Source of the DNA: Mobula hypostoma
Taxonomy: Eukaryota
Assembly (NCBI RefSeq): GCF_963921235.1
Contig: NC_086108.1
Coordinates: 42,968,001 to 43,032,000, forward strand
Reading direction: 5' to 3'
DNA: 64,000 nt
This document shows positions 25,763-40,564 of the stretch, piece by piece (the first letter of the stretch is position 1; each line of letters opens with the position of its first letter). Position numbers and translations under genes: made by a program. The notes beneath the pieces were generated by a model. The model was not told the origin of the DNA. It saw nothing but the letters and a program-made list of their open reading frames with translations, and ran no database searches.

Positions 25763-27121
25763 ACGGATGGACTTACTGAGCTTACTGGCTGCTTTAAATT
25801 TGTGTTCTCTAGTATTTTTACTCTGGTGATAACCTGTCTATGATGTAATGGAAGCAGAATGCTTTTGGTTTAAACAACCAAATGTATACTCTTTTTGGGA
25901 AAAATAATATAGACATCATGGATATTTGTAGGTTAAGTTCATTTCTTAACAAAATGAAGCATGTATTCTAAAAAAGCGAGTTATTTCACGGGGTCTGTTT
26001 CTTCCGTATGACCATTTGGTCTACCACAGCCATACTGACTATTTGTCCATGCACACTAATCACATTTGCCTGCATTAGAATCATATCCTTGCCTGCCATG
26101 CCTATTTAGGTGCCTGTTCATTAACTTTCCTGGTACAGGGAAACAGATACATGGATTCGGTAAGTGGGACAGAAGACAGTGATTGTGAGTAAGCATGTTA
26201 ACTATTTATTTAAAAGACAAACAGTGAAACACTCAACCAAACATCTAAGTCAAAGGAATACTTACCTAAACCTCCTACGTTGCAAGACTACGACACTAAA
26301 CCTTCAGTAACCCTTCAAGCTAAACTCAGTTACAGATACTTGTCTAAACCGAGCGCGTGAAGTGGCAGGACAGATCACACTAAACATACACACTTTGAAA
26401 CATACTTAACTAAAGTGTGTACAAGGGACCTCTGCATTGCAGCATATCTACCACTGTCTACTGTTTCCACGGTAACTATCATCTACCTGGACCATGGCGA
26501 CACAATTAAGAGTCCACATGGTTTACCATGCACTAGATTTAAATCCTACTGATTTAAATCATCAGCTAAACAAAAGTTAGAGGGAGTGGCTACAATGCTC
26601 CTTACACGGGCCAGTCCCACCTACCATGGGGGACTGGCTTTGGATGAGCAGGTAAGTTAAGACTCTTACTGCAACAGTTCCTTTGTGCTCTATCATTTAC
26701 TTTATATGTCTTACCCTTATTTGACTTCCCAAATTCCGTCACCTTGCTCTTGGAGTTAAACTCATTAATGCAGCAATGTAAGTTCAATGGAGAAAATTGC
26801 TTTAGAATTTCACAAGAACATTATCAAATAAAATTTTAATCTGAGCCACATGGGAAGGTTTTAGAACGTGCTGAAAAGAGTCAAAGCAAAGAAAAACTGC
26901 AAAAGCAAAAATTCTGCTACATCACCTAACATAACCAAATTAGCATCTCAGTGAATGTTCGTCTCTTCACAATGCTTTTTATGAGTTTTTCCAGCATGGT
27001 TTTTATTGGTCTGATTACAAGTTGGTTTCAAGTTCCTCCAGCAGATTGTTGCTCCAGATTGCAGATACACAGTATCCTGGGTATCCAAAATCTTTTTAAT
27101 TTGTCCATTGTAATATATGGG

Positions 27122-28010
27122 AATAGTCATAATCATACTTTATTGATCCCAGGGGGAAATTGGTTTTCATTACAGTTACACCATAAGTAATAAATTGTAA
27201 TAGAACCATAAATAGTTAAATAGTAATATGTAAATTATGCCAGTAAGTTATGAGGTAAGTCCAGGACCAGCCTATCGGCACAGGATGTCTGACTCTCCAA
27301 GGGAGGAGTTGTAAAGTTTGATGGCCACAGGCAGGAATGACTTCCTATGACACTCTGTGTTGCATCTCGGTGGAATGAGTCTCTGGCTGAATGTACTCCT
27401 GTGCCCAACCAGTACATTATGTAGTGGATGGGAGACATTGACCAAGATGGCATGCAACTTAGTCAGCATCCTCTTTTCAGACACCACCGTGAGAGAGTTC
27501 AGTTCCACACCCACAACAAAGTGGCCATTCAACTTCATTCACGATATACATGCTGTGACATGCAACAAAGAACATCATTCAACAATTATAATGAATAAAG
27601 AATTGTATAGGAATATAGTTAAAAGTACAGATATGGAAGAAGTGTGCAAAAATGCATAAATATCAGCATGTATTTATAACGTAAACAGCATTATATAAAG
27701 TGGTTTGTAGTGTTTACAGTGCAGTTACTGAAGTAATAAGTAACGTGGGATGGGGGGGTTGACACTAACGAGAATGGTTGTTCAGATGAGCTGCCGGGGG
27801 AAGAAACTTTTAAGATGGCAATATTGTTACTTTAGTAGCCCTATAGCATTTACCAGAAAGGAGCTTTTGGAAAAGGCAGTTTTCTGGGTTGATAGTGTCC
27901 ACGATGATTTTTCTCCTGCCTGCTTTTTTCTGGACACATATAAGCCGTGTAGTGAAGGTGGACTATAGTTCGTGACTTTTTCTGCTGTCCTTGATAGATC
28001 ACTGTAATTT
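27122..28010 (-). mobile_element. Rex/Babar LINE 3' fragments (two adjacent pieces)
   Basis: SHPLHNVL, RKSFLPVAIKLYN and FSKSSFLVNAIGLL C-terminal motifs. Confidence 0.7.
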
Positions 28011-28082
28011 TCTCTGTACACTCTCAACAATCCTGTATTCCCTTCATGTACTTAGAGGAAAAAAAAATCTGTTCTATTTTAG

Positions 28083-28254
28083 TGGCCAACAGACCCTCCA
28101 GAGGAACTGAAGAAAGAGATCTCTGCAGGTTCTCAGTTTGTGGGTTTAATAGCAGTACTCAGTGCTTGTTTTTCCAGTGGATTTGCCGGAGTCTATTTTG
28201 AGAAGATCTTGAAAGGGACAAAACAATCAGTTTGGATTAGAAACATTCAATTAG
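28083..28254 (+). CDS. SLC35A3: SLC35A3 coding exon 4 ([22 protein letters not shown]...VWIRNIQL)
   Basis: Acceptor tattttag, donor gtgagt; 172 nt; [15 protein letters not shown] motif. Confidence 0.97.
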
Positions 28255-28342
28255 GTGAGTAAAATGACTCTCTTTTGATACTTCTACCAATAGATGCACT
28301 TATAAAAAAGCAAAATAGTGGAACTACTTGACACATATCATA

Positions 28343-28545
28343 AGCACAAGATTCTGCAGGTGCTGGAAATCTAGGTTGTTAAATGCTAGAGGAACTCAGC
28401 AAGTCAGGCTGCATCTCTGGAGGGGAATAAACAGTCAATGTTTCAGGCTGAGACCCATCAGGAGTAGAGAGGAAGAATCGACTATTCCTCTCCATAGCTA
28501 GTACCTGACTGCTGAGTTAGTCCAGCATTTTGTGTGTGTTGCTCT
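28343..28545. repeat. Penelope-derived fold-back element
   Basis: Same arms as 12350 and 18151, more diverged. Confidence 0.7.
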
Positions 28546-28799
28546 TGGCTCATATCAATTTTCTTTTATTTGCATCTTTTGCCAATATTGATCTGGACAG
28601 TAGATTTGAGTTTAGCAAAATAAAATGTACTAAAGGAAGAGTTGCACCCTATTCATAAAACCAAATCCCAGTTTATTTTAATCGATGTAAGTGGTTCCCC
28701 TTGATATTCCCACCACCTCCTCGGTTATACCCAGTGCCCATCAACTGCCACTTCAGTGCTCTAAACTAATAAAATATGTAAACAAGCAATCATTAATAT

Positions 28800-31700
28800 A
28801 AAAGCTGTAATGATTCCCCTCCACTGATGTAGCCTACCCCTGCACAGAGTATCCCTGTGGCCATCCCCCTCAACAACAGGTATATCACTTTGATTACTGT
28901 GGGAGGGTGAGGGGGTTTGACCTAACAGGAAAGTCACAGTGCACTGACTCATGGTTCTCTGGCACTGAGTCTGGCCCTGTGACTCGGAAGGGGAGAGAAG
29001 AGGTGAGATATAGTGATAAAGGATTCGCAAGTTAGGGGAACAGAAGTGAGGTTCTGTGGGTGAGAATGAGATTTCCAGATGGTATATTATTTCCTGGTGC
29101 CAGTGTCTGGATCGAGTCCTCTGCATTCTCAGTGGTAGGGTGAACAACCAGATGTTCTGGTTCATGTAGATACCAATGACAAGTGATGAGGTTCTACAGA
29201 GGAAGTTCAAGGAGTTAGGTGCTAAGTTAAAGGGCAGAACCTCCAGGCTTGTGATCTCAGGATTGCTGCCCATGTCACGTGCTAGTGAGGCCAGAACTAG
29301 GAAGATTATACAGTTTAATATGTGGCTAAGGAGTTGGTGTAGGAGGGAGGGCTTCAGAATTTCAGATCACTGGGCTCTCAGATGAAGTCAGGAATCAGAA
29401 GATTGAGCTTGGTGGACTATTGTCCTGAGCTGCATATATTTCAAAACAAGAAGTGTTGAAGGAAAGGCGGATGAGCTCCAAGCATTGATAACACATGAAA
29501 TTATGAGACTTGGTTGGAGGAGGGGCAGGACTGGCAGGCAGCTCAGTATTCCGGGGTTCCGTTGTTTTGGATGTGACAGAGCAGGAAGGATTAAAGGAGG
29601 AGCGGTGGCATTACTAGTCAGGAAAAATGTCACAACAGTGCTCGACAGACTGGAGAACACCTTTAGTGAGGTGTTATGGGCAGAACTGAGAAATAAGGAA
29701 GGTATGACCGACCATGTTAAAGCGCCCAAACCATCCAACAGTCCAAGGGATTTAGAGGAACAAACCACCCAATATATTACAAACCTCCCAACAGTCCAAG
29801 GGATTTAGAGGAACAAATTTGTAGATAGATCGCAGACTATTACAAGGAACAAGGTTGTTATAGTAGGTGATTTTAACTTTCCACATATTGACTGGGACTC
29901 GCACACTGTCAAAGGACTAGGTGGGATAGAGTTTGTCAAGTGTGTTCAGGGAAGTTTCCTTAATCAGTATGTAGAAGTCCCAATGAGATACTGGATCTGC
30001 CATTCGGGAATGAAGCAGGGCAGGTGACAGAATTTTGTGCTGGAGAACACTTTGCATCCAGTGACCAAAGGCCTTTAGTTCTAAGGTAAATATGCAAAAA
30101 GATAAGTCTGCTCTGTGAGTTGAGATTCTAAACTGGAGAAAGGCCAATTTTGATAGTATCAGAAATGACCAGGCAAGTGTGGACTGGGACGAGCTGTTTT
30201 CTGACAAAGGTATACTTGGTAAGTGGGAGGCCTTCACAAGTGAAATTTTGAGAGTTCAAAGTCTGTATGTGCCTGTCAGAATAAAAGGTAAAGATAATAG
30301 TTAGGGAACCTTGGTTTTCAAGAGATATTGAGGTCCTAGTTAAGAGAAAATAGGAGGTGCATAGGAGGGATAAGCAGGTAGGAACAAATGAGAAGCTTAT
30401 GAAGTATAAGAAATGCAAGAGACCTCTTAAGAAAGAAATCAGGAGGGCTAAAAGAAGGCATGAAGTTGCTCTGGTAGACAAGGTGAAGGGTAATCCTAAG
30501 GGATTCTACAGATATTTTAAGAGCAAAACAATTGCAGTGGCACAAAATTGGTCCCCTGGAAGAGCAGAATGGTAATCCACTATAGAGCCAAAACTGATGG
30601 AGGAGATCTTAGTTTTTTTGCAACTATATTTACTCAGGGGATGCATACAGAGTCTGTAGAAGTTGACAACGCTTTGCCTCACTTCATGGACCCTGTACAG
30701 AGGAGGAGGTATTTGCTATCTTGCAGCAAATTGGGGTGGATAAATCTCCAGGGCCTGACAAGTTGTTCCCTCAGACCCAATAGGAGACAAATTTAGAAAT
30801 TGCTGGGATACTTAAAGCTTTCTTGTACTCAAGAATAGCAGAGGTACTTAAATCATTCTTAGTGAAGAGAGATGTACCAGAGGATTGTAGAATAGCCATT
30901 ATTGTTCCACTGTTTAAGAAAGGCTCTAAACATAAACCAGGAAATTATAGGCCAGTGGTCTGACATCAGTTGTGGGAAAGTTGTATGAAGATATTCCAAG
31001 AGACAGGATGTGCAAGCTTTTGGATAGACGTAGACTGATATGCTGTAGTCCACAAGGTCATGTCTAACCAATCTTATAGAGTTTTTGGAGGAAGTTACCA
31101 GGAAAGTAGATGAAGGCAAGGCAGTGGATGTTGTCTGCATGGACTTCAGTAAGGCATTTGACAAGGTCCTGCATGTTCAGGAAGGTTCAGTTGCTTGGTA
31201 TTCAAGATGAGGTAGTAAATTGAATTAGACATTGGCTTTGTGAAAGAAGCCAAAGAGTGGTAGAAGATGGTTTCCTCTGATGGGTGATGTGCCGCAGGGA
31301 TTGGTGGTGGGTCAAATTTGTGGATGACACCAAGATTGGAGGTGTAGTGGACAGCGATGAGGGCTATCATGCTTGCAGAGGGAACTGCATCAGCTGAAAA
31401 AAATGGCAGATGAAATTTAAGGTGTTGCACTTCAGTAGGACCAAACAGGGTATGTCTTACTCAGTGAATGGCAGGGCACTGAGGAGTGTGTGGAACAAAG
31501 GGATCTAGGAATGTAGGCCCATAATTTGTTGAAAGCAGCATACAGGTAGGGTTGTAAAGAAAGCTTTTGGCACCTTGGTCTTCATAAATCAATGTACTGA
31601 GTACAAGAGATGGGATGTTTTGTTGAAGTTGTTTCAGACATTAGTGAGGCATAATTTGGAGTATTGTGTGCAGTTTTGATCACCTACCTACAGGAAAAAT

Positions 31701-32156
31701 GTAAATACGATCGAAAGAGTACAGAGAAAATTTAAAAAGGATGTTGCTGGGTATGGAGGATCTAAGTTGTAAGGAAATATTGAATAATTTAGGACTTTAT
31801 TCCTCAAATATAGAAGACTGAGAGGAGATTAGACTGAGGGGTATAAATAGGGTAAATGCAAACAGGCTTGTTCCACTGAGGTAGGATGGGACTACGACCA
31901 GAGGTTAAAGGTGAAAAGTTTTAGGGGAACATGAGGGGAATTTTCACTACAGAAGGTCATGAGAATGTGGAGTGAGCTGCCAGCACGAGTGATGCATGTG
32001 AGCTCAATTTCAACAGGTGAAGTTTGGATAGGTGCATGGATAGTAGGGCTATGGAGGGTTATGGCCTGGTGCATGTCAATGGGAGTAGGCAGTTTAAGTG
32101 TTTTGCACAGACCAGATGGGCTGAAGGGCCTGTTTTTGTGCTGTACTTGTCTATGA
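28800..32156 (+). mobile_element. Long decayed CR1 LINE (ORF1 esterase-like plus ORF2)
   Basis: VISGLLP..IQFNMWLRSWCRREGF (ORF1), IPGFRCFGCDR..GGAVALLV, PGNYRP, MDFSKAFDKV. Confidence 0.88.
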
Positions 32157-35100
32157 CCCGATGAAGGGTCCCAAAACATGATCTACTTAAGAAAGATAAA
32201 ATATACAGGTTAAAGATGACATTCCCTTACATTTGGGAAATAAACTTAATGAAGTGCATGGTTTAACTGTGGTTGGTCACCTTCGCCCAAAGCTCATAGT
32301 AATACTACTTCACATATTTCAGGTTTTTTAATGTTGGGATGCACTAAGGCTCTCGCATTTCAGAACTGAGAATTAAAACACTTATTCATTGAAGGTTAAA
32401 TAAACAGAATTGCAGACAATGCCCAAGAAATCTTTGTAAGAGATCACATATTAGTCACTTAGCTCAGATATCTCAACTTGTTTTTCCTGCTTCTAACTTT
32501 ACATTTCAATCCTTTTTAATCCTCTTGATGACATCATGCAGTTTGCACCAGCTCCTGCTAGTTTTTATCAGCACTTTAAACATTATCCAGTCATCTTGCA
32601 GGGGTTGCAGATTAGTAGGTGAGATAATACATAGAATGTGAATATTATTGCTAAAATGCAGGTCAATTGGTCTGTATCCATATAAGTATGGGAAAATCAA
32701 GATGTAAATCAAAAGAAATTGTATTTTTATGGAACATTTAATAACAGCAAATCTAGGTGGCAATGTGGGCTGCAGACAAGATGCAGTGAGGCTTTACTGT
32801 CTATGAATATAGGACACATTAAGTGAATCAGCAAAGGCATTACAGGTGAAATGTAATTTGGAAACTTGAGAAAGAAAAGGATGCAAACGTAGAGTTAATT
32901 TCAAATGGTAAGATCGAAAGATGTTATGGTTTCAGAAAGGTCAGGGTGTCCGAGTACATTAGTGAGTGAAAGTTGACTGCAGGTAGAGTAAGGAATTCAT
33001 AAGGCAAATTAATAATTGATTTTTATTGCAAGCAGATTTGAGTAAAGAAAAATGTCATCTTGCTCCGGATTATATGGATCTTTGAGGTTACGCCTATGTA
33101 CAGGTTTTGTGCCCCAACTTGAGATAAAGGGGGTGCAGTAAAGATTCTTGTGATTGATTCCTCAGATGGCAGATTTGTGGTGTGCAAAGAGATTAAGCAG
33201 ACCCAGTCTATTTTGTTCAGTTTAGAAAAAATGAACAGTAATATTACTGGAACATAGAAAATTCCAAGGATTTTCATTAGTACAAGAAGCTTTGACTGAT
33301 GGTAAGACTGAGGGCATCAGCTTTCCCTTTTAGTCAGCTTTATGGCTCATTCAACCACATTGCACAAGGCCTTGTTCTAATGCAGTTTTCGACTTAGCTC
33401 CAGGATAGGATTGAAGGTATGTGAGCAAATTAAGTACGTAGCATCAAATACTTTGTTGAAATCCCACTGCAGAGCAGCGAACAAAAAATATAACCACATC
33501 ATCCAGATAACCTAACAGAGGAATAAAAGTTGTAAAAAATCTGACATGTATTTCTGCATTCTAAAAGGCATTCAGCAAATTCCAGGAGACTTGTCCCGTA
33601 TCTCATTTAACTTGGTACATTCGAATAAAAAAACTTCTAAGTATACAAATCACTTTTGAATTGTATCCACAGTTGTAATGAAGGGAAAAAATTGCTGGTT
33701 TCTGCATAGCATGCTGTTACAGAAAGCAAATTAATATGGTTAGATAATCTGTTTTGATTGTGAAATACGCATAAATCAAGAAAAAGTATTAAGAAGATGA
33801 CTCCATTGTTAAAGTTACCCCTGTAAAAAAAATGTAGGTACGTTATTGGCTTCCAAATATTCAGTGCAATGAGGAATTCAGAGTTGGTAGTAGCCCAAGT
33901 AGCAGAACATCTTGAATATGAATTGACTCATTGTTCATATCTAATCAAGGCAAAAAAGCATCCACCAAAAGTAAATAAAGTTGTTGCCAAAGCAATTGAG
34001 ACCAAGTCACAGGAAATACTACATGTTCAAGTTCTGTTCAGATCTTGCAGAATATTCTACATTGTTTTTAAAATGGAACCTTTTTTAAAAAGGTATGAAA
34101 ACAACCATTTAACTGAGTAAAAATTATGTATTTAAATGAAATATAGAACAAATTGGAACACTATCAAAAATACCACTGCAGTACTATAAAATTGTGTATT
34201 GGTTCCTATTGGTTATTAACAGAGGAGTCCATCCAGTGTATGGTGGTGCATTTTCTTTTGATTGTAAATGAACAAAATCAGTGCAAACACCTCATGCAGT
34301 AAATGGACTGCCTTCATACAATGCTATCGACAATTGCGTCCTCCAAATTTTCGTTTTCATTATTACATTCAAGATGATTGCTGATACCAGCAAATTCTCC
34401 ATAGTTCCTGTTGGGAATAGTTAAATGGTTTCTTTTCCATTCCCAGCCATTTCTGGTTATTTCCAAGCCCGATTGCTTGTAACTGCAGTGAGAAAGATGG
34501 TTCTGCATTGTCTTGTGCTTGTTTCTCACCAACTATCAGTGGCAGAAATCACTGCTTTTTGACCACGAGCACATGCAACTGGTATTATTTAAAAAACACT
34601 TCGCTCTAACCACGATGTAATGTAACAGTCACACAAATGCACGCATCTGACACTAGTTAGAAACTGTTCAGCAACAGTCTCCTGCCCCAATTAAATGGAA
34701 TAGTGTCCCAAATAAACAAAGGTAGCCAGCTATGTTTGTGATCAGTTTATGTTCTTTAAGAGTTGTCTGAAATAAGCGCCTGCCCCGATTAACTGGAATC
34801 CACAGTATTTGCAGAAATAGTACACTTCAGTTTTTCCATTTGGTATCACTTGTAATTCTCAAACCTCTTCAGTAGGTTACAGGCTGAAACCAAGGATGGT
34901 TTATGACATAATCCATTTTATTTTTCTATTTGCTCTAATCTGTTACCTGATCTGGGGATTTGTTCACTATTTTATATTTTGTAACTCACTTTCAGATAGG
35001 CAAATTACAGTTTAATTATCCTGAATGAGGCTGTGGAGGCTGCAACAATGAAAACTTCTCCAGACTTTCATATACAAAAGATATAGTACTGGTATTTCCA

Positions 35101-35947
35101 AAAATACAAATAATCGCTATTTGGCATTGCATAACAAATGTTGCCAAAAACCAACTTAGTTGTTGCATTTGAAATTAGAATATAACACATTAGCAAGCAG
35201 TTTGAGTTTTTATAAATCCAAGATAGTTTGATTTTATCTAATATTCATTTGTTTTTCCATCTTAACAAACTTTTTAATATACATTATTTTTAATCATTGA
35301 ATATACATATATACTTGCAATTGATTTACTTATCTTTTTTCCCTCTATATTATCATCTATTGCATTGAACTGCTGCTGCTGAATTAACAAATTTCGCGAC
35401 ACATGCCAGTGATAATAATCCTGATTTTGAAAAGGATGATGTTGTGTGTATTATATTTATTTTCAAGATGCATGTGTCATCTTCTAAGGGAGAACAATAA
35501 AATTTAAAAACTACTCCAGATTGCTTTAAGATGTTACTTCAATATCATTTGATGTATATAACCTGCTTTGGACTGACCTCGGTAAATTTTGCCATTTGTA
35601 CTCCAGTAATAAAGTAATTAAGACAGAAGTTTGTAGAAGTGTGGGCTTGTGATCTGTTGGTGTTTGAGGACAGGGTTTAGTTTTGTTTAATCATTCTAAA
35701 CCTATAGGGAGTGGAAAGGGCAATGCTTGCTTCCTCCTTGCATAATGCTAATTTATGATCTATTAACACAAATAATCTGAGGCAGTATAATTTGGTCAAA
35801 AGGCATGATAAATGAATATAGGGATCTCTGTGTAAAGTACCTGTCATTAACCATGTTAACACAACTTGCCATCGTAAAAAAATGCAAACCAAGTGACAAG
35901 GTTTATTTCTAGAGTGAAAGAAAAGGAGACCAATGTCAAATATGGAG

Positions 35948-36112
35948 AAACTCAGCAGGTCAGGCAGTATCTACGGAAAAAATAAACAGTTGATGTTTTG
36001 GGTTGGCCTAAAATGCCGACTGTTTATTCTTTTCCAAAGATGCTGCCTGACCAGCTGAGTTCCTCCAGTGTTTTGTGTTGCTTTGGATGAACAGCATCTG
36101 CAGACCTTCTTC
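35948..36112. repeat. Penelope-derived fold-back element
   Basis: Arms aactcagcaggtcaggcagtatct / agatgctgcctgaccagctgagtt. Confidence 0.7.
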
Positions 36113-36229
36113 TGTTTACTGTATGTTAAATCTGTATCAAATCTTGATTTGACTATGCCTGGAGTAATGTATATAATTTTCATCACAGCATTAGAGCTGA
36201 TGAAGAGAGAATGATGAAGCTGCATACAA

Positions 36230-38825
36230 AGTTAGAATTAGAGGGTTGAGCATGGTGGGACTAATGTTCTGAGCTACGTATATTTCAGTGCAAGGAGTAT
36301 TGTAGGAAAGTAAGTTGAGTTTGGGGCATGGATCAGTGTGTGGAATTATGACATTGTGGCCATTAGTGAGACTTGGTTGCAGGAGGGGCAGGACTGGCAG
36401 CTCAATGATCAGGGTTCCATTGTTTTTGACATAATAGAGCAGGAGGGATTAAAGGGAGAGGGGTGGCATTACTAGTCAGGGAAAATGTCATTGCAGTGCT
36501 CAGCCAGGATAGACTGGAGGGCTCATCTATTGAGGCTTTATCAGTAGAACTGAAGAATCAAAAGTATGACCACATTAATGGGATTGTTACTGACCACCCA
36601 ACAATCTTTTATAGATTTAGAGGAGCAAATTTGTACAGAGATTGCAGACTGTTGCAAGAAACATAAGGTTGTGAAAGTAGGTGATTTTTAACTTTCCACG
36701 TATTGTCTGGAACTTCCATACTATAAAAGGCTGGATAGGAAAGAGTTTGTCAAATGTGTTCAGGAAAGTTTGCTTAATCAGTATATAGAAGTCCCAACTA
36801 GAGAGTGTGATACTAGATCTCCTATCAGGGAATGAGACAGGGCAGGTGACAGAAGTTTGTAGAAGGGAACACTTTGCAACTAGTGATCATAAGGCCATTA
36901 GTTTCAAGGTAATTATGGAAAAGGATAGGTCTGGTTCTCAGGTTGAGATTCTAAATTGGGGAAGGGCCAGTTTTGATGGTATCAGAAAGGATCTGGTAAG
37001 TGTGGATTGGGACAGGTTATTTTTTGGCAAAGATATACTTGGTTAGTAGGAGACCTCCAGAAGTGAAATTGTAAGAGTACAGAGTTTGTATGTTCATGAA
37101 TAAAAGGCAAGGATAACAGGTTTAGGGAACCTTGGTTTTCAAGTGATAATGAGGCCCTGGTTAAGAAAAAGGAGGTGCATAGCAGGTAAGGACAGGAAGG
37201 ACAAACAAGCTACTTGAGTGTGAGAAATGCAAGAGAACACTTAAAAAGGATATCAGGAGGGTTAAAAGAAGACGAGGTTGCTCTAGCAGACAAGGTTAGG
37301 AAAATCCTAAGGACTTCTATAGATATATTAAGAGTAAAAGGATAGCGAGGGACAAAATTGGTCCTCTGGAAGATCAGAGTGGTAATTATATGTGGAGCAG
37401 AAACAGATGGGTAAGATTGAAAATGGATTTTTTACATTTGTATTTACTCGGAAGACGACGGAGTCTATGGACTTTAGCAAGGCCTTTGACAAGGTCCCGC
37501 ATGTGAGGGTGGTCAAGGAAGTTCAGTCACTGGCATTCAAGGTGAGGTAGTAAATTGAATGAGACATTGGCTTTGTGAAAGGCCAAAGAGTGATAGTAGT
37601 TGGTTACCTCTCTGACTGGAGGCTTGTGACTGGTGATGTGCTGCAGGGATCAGTGCTGGGTCCGTTGTTGTTTGTCTTTTATATCAATGATCTGGATGAT
37701 AATGTGGCTAACTGGACCAGTAAGTTTGTGGATGACACCAAGATTGGGGGATAGTGGACAGTGAGGAAGACTATCAAAACTTGCAGTCGGATCTGGACCA
37801 GCTGGAGAAATGTGCTGATAGGTTTGAGGTGTAAGCAACTCACAAAGTGCTGGAGGAACTCAACTGATAGATAGTCAACATTTCAGGCCAAGATGCTTCA
37901 TCAGGTTCTGGTGAAGGGTATCAACCCGAAAAGTTGACTGTTTACTCCTTTGCATGGATGCTGCCTGGCCTGCTGAGTTCCCCCAACATTTTGTGTGTGT
38001 TGCTGGGATTTCCAGAATCTGCAGATTTTCTCTTGTTTTAGGTGTAATGTGTTGCACCTTAGGAAGACCAACTAGGATAGATCTTTCATGGTGAGTAATC
38101 GGGCACTGAGGTGTGTGATAGAACAGAGGATCTGGGAATACAGATCCATGCTTTGCTGAAAGTGGCATCACAGGTAGATAAGGTCATAAAGAAAGCTTTT
38201 GGCACATTGGCCTTCATAAATCAATGTACTGAGTTGAGTTGGGATGTTATGTTGAAATTGTGTAAGATGTTGGTAATGCCAAATTTGGAATGTTATGTAC
38301 AGTTTGGGTCACCTACCTATAGCAGAGATATAAATAAGATTGAATGAGGGCAGAGAAAATGTACAAAGGTGTTGCTGGGTCTCAAGGGCTTGAGTTATAG
38401 GGGAAGATTGAATAGTTAGGACTTCATTTCCTAAAATCTAGAAGATTGAAGGGAGATTTGATAGAGGTATACAAAATTGAGGAGTATAGATAGGGTAAAT
38501 GCAAGTAGTCTTGTTCCACTAAGATGAGGTAAGACTACAACTGAGGTCATGGTTTAAGTGTGAAAGGTAATGTTTAAGACAAATTTGAGGGGGAACTTCT
38601 TTCAGATTGTGTTGAAAATGTGGAATGAGCTGCCAGCTCAAGTGGTGGATACGGGTTTGTTTAAATTTCAACATTTAAGAGAAGTTTGGATAAGTACATG
38701 GATGGGAGCAGTACGGAGGGATGGAAGGCTATGGTCTGGGTGCAGGTCAATGGGGTGAGGCAGATTACTGGTTCAGCATCGACTAGATGGGCCAAATAAT
38801 GTGTTTCTGTGCTGCAAAGTTCTGA
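36230..38825 (+). mobile_element. Decayed CR1 LINE ORF2 with internal deletion
   Basis: IVAISETWLQ, ILDLLSGNE, SDHKAISF, DFSKAFDKVPH, PNLECYVQF. Confidence 0.88.
37835..38036. repeat. Penelope-derived fold-back element with two opposed hammerhead-like cores, inserted in the CR1
   Basis: Flanked by aggtgtaa on both sides; cttcatcagg (CTGATGA on -) adjacent to ctggtga...cgaaa (+). Confidence 0.75.
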
Positions 38826-39064
38826 CTTTGACTGAGGGTTTGCAGAGGAAAGAAATGAAGTGTTCTAAATGTAAAGATGGTATTTGAATTAAGGTTTTAA
38901 TTGAAATTCAGATCTAAATCTTGACTTGCACTAAATTATTATATCAAAATATTTTTTGAAAATCAGGGAAGTTTAAATTAGGCTTACAGATTAACATAAA
39001 ATAACTAAATTATATAAAGTAACAATAGCAACAAAGCATCCTAAACTTTCAATATTGTCTCTAG

Positions 39065-39183
39065 GTTTGTTTGGCAGCATTTTTGGAATGATGGGTGTAT
39101 ATGTGTACGATGGTCGGCGAATACACGAACACGGATTTTTCCAAGGTTACAACAAAATCACTTGGATCGTTGTTACTCTGCAG
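39065..39183 (+). CDS. SLC35A3: SLC35A3 coding exon 5 ([17 protein letters not shown]...TWIVVTLQ)
   Basis: Acceptor tgtctctag, donor gtgggt; 119 nt; GFFQGYN motif. Confidence 0.97.
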
Positions 39184-39679
39184 GTGGGTGGATGAAAATA
39201 TTGGAATTCCTGTATAAATTTTTACATGATATTGTAATATCTTGTTTTGGTTTTTCCTCCGTTAATAGTCGGAAAGATGTGGAACAAGAGAAATAATGTT
39301 TAGATCTTGGCACTGAAGAGAAGTAACAACCCAACCCCACACACGTTTATGTGCATGTGTGTGTGTTTTATCTCTCAGTGGATATGGTTATAAAAACATG
39401 GAAGGACTAGAACGTGGTTGAGATTTTTGTTTAAGTATGATTTTGGGTACACAGGAGGAGAAGTAAATTATTTTTACCCTGGGGAAATGTCACCATTCAC
39501 TGAGTCTGTTCCTGACCTCTTAACTAATACAATTATTAACTAAGTGTTGTGTGCTGTGTGATAGTATGTACTGTGTTGCAGACCTTGGCCCAGGAAGAAC
39601 ACTGTTTTGTTTAGCTGTATAGATGTGAATGGTTGAATGACTACACCACCTCCAGCACCTCCTTTCCTCTGTACATTGA

Positions 39680-40310
39680 ACAGAGAAATCTACAGTACAT
39701 TACAGACCATTACAAAGCTGTGCTGACCATGTAACTTACTCTAGAAACTGCCTAGAATTTCCCTACCGCATAGCCCTCCATTTTTCTAAGGTCCATGTAC
39801 CTATCTAAGAGTCTCTTAAAAGACCCTGTTGTAGCCACCTCTACTGCAGTCGCTGGCAGTGCATTCCACACACCCACTACTCTGTGTGGAAAAACTTCCC
39901 TCTGACATTCCCCTTCTACCTACTTCCAAGCACCTTAAAACTATGCCCCTCATGTTAGCTGTTTCAGCTCTGGGGGGAAAAGCCTCTGGCTATCCACACA
40001 ACCAATACTTCTCATTATCTTATACACCTCTCATCCTCCGTCGCTCCAAGAAGAAAAGGCCAAGTTCACTCAACCTATTCTCATAAGGCATGCTCTCCAA
40101 TCCAGGCAACACCCTTGAAGATCTCTCTGCACTCTCTCTGTAGTATCCACATCCTTGCTGTAGTGAAGTGACCAGAATTGAACACAGTACTCCAGGTGGG
40201 ATCTAACTAAGGTCTTGTATAGCTGTAACATTACCTCGCGGCTCTTGAACTCAATCCCACAGTTGAAGGCCAACACGCCACACACCTCCTTAACAGCACT
40301 GTCAATCTGA
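39680..40310 (-). mobile_element. CR1 LINE 3' fragment
   Basis: VMLQLYKTLVRSHLEYCVQFWS; 3'UTR resembles 8700-8890. Confidence 0.85.
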
Positions 40311-40564
40311 AGTTGCAATATTTAATATTGCCAATATCCAATAGGGTCTTGTGATCATGAGAAAAACATTTAAGGTACAGTATACATTTGCACCATTTGT
40401 TGAAATGTGGTAACATTTCTTGATATCTCTATTACATATTAATAATCTTAGTAGATTGATACCTGGACTTTCAACGTTTGGTAAAAATCTTTTCATAAAT
40501 GAGGAAGTGTTCTGTTTCTTTGGAGACTAGCATAGATTATATTACATTATCTTTTGTACATTAA

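Noticed and set aside
26132..26594. Possible solo LTR (minus strand)
   Set aside because: TG...CA-like ends and a polyA signal are present, but there is no matching TSD and no second copy in the window.
29731..29816. Direct duplication of ccaacagtccaagggatttagaggaacaaa
   Set aside because: A local tandem duplication inside a dead CR1; no sign of function.
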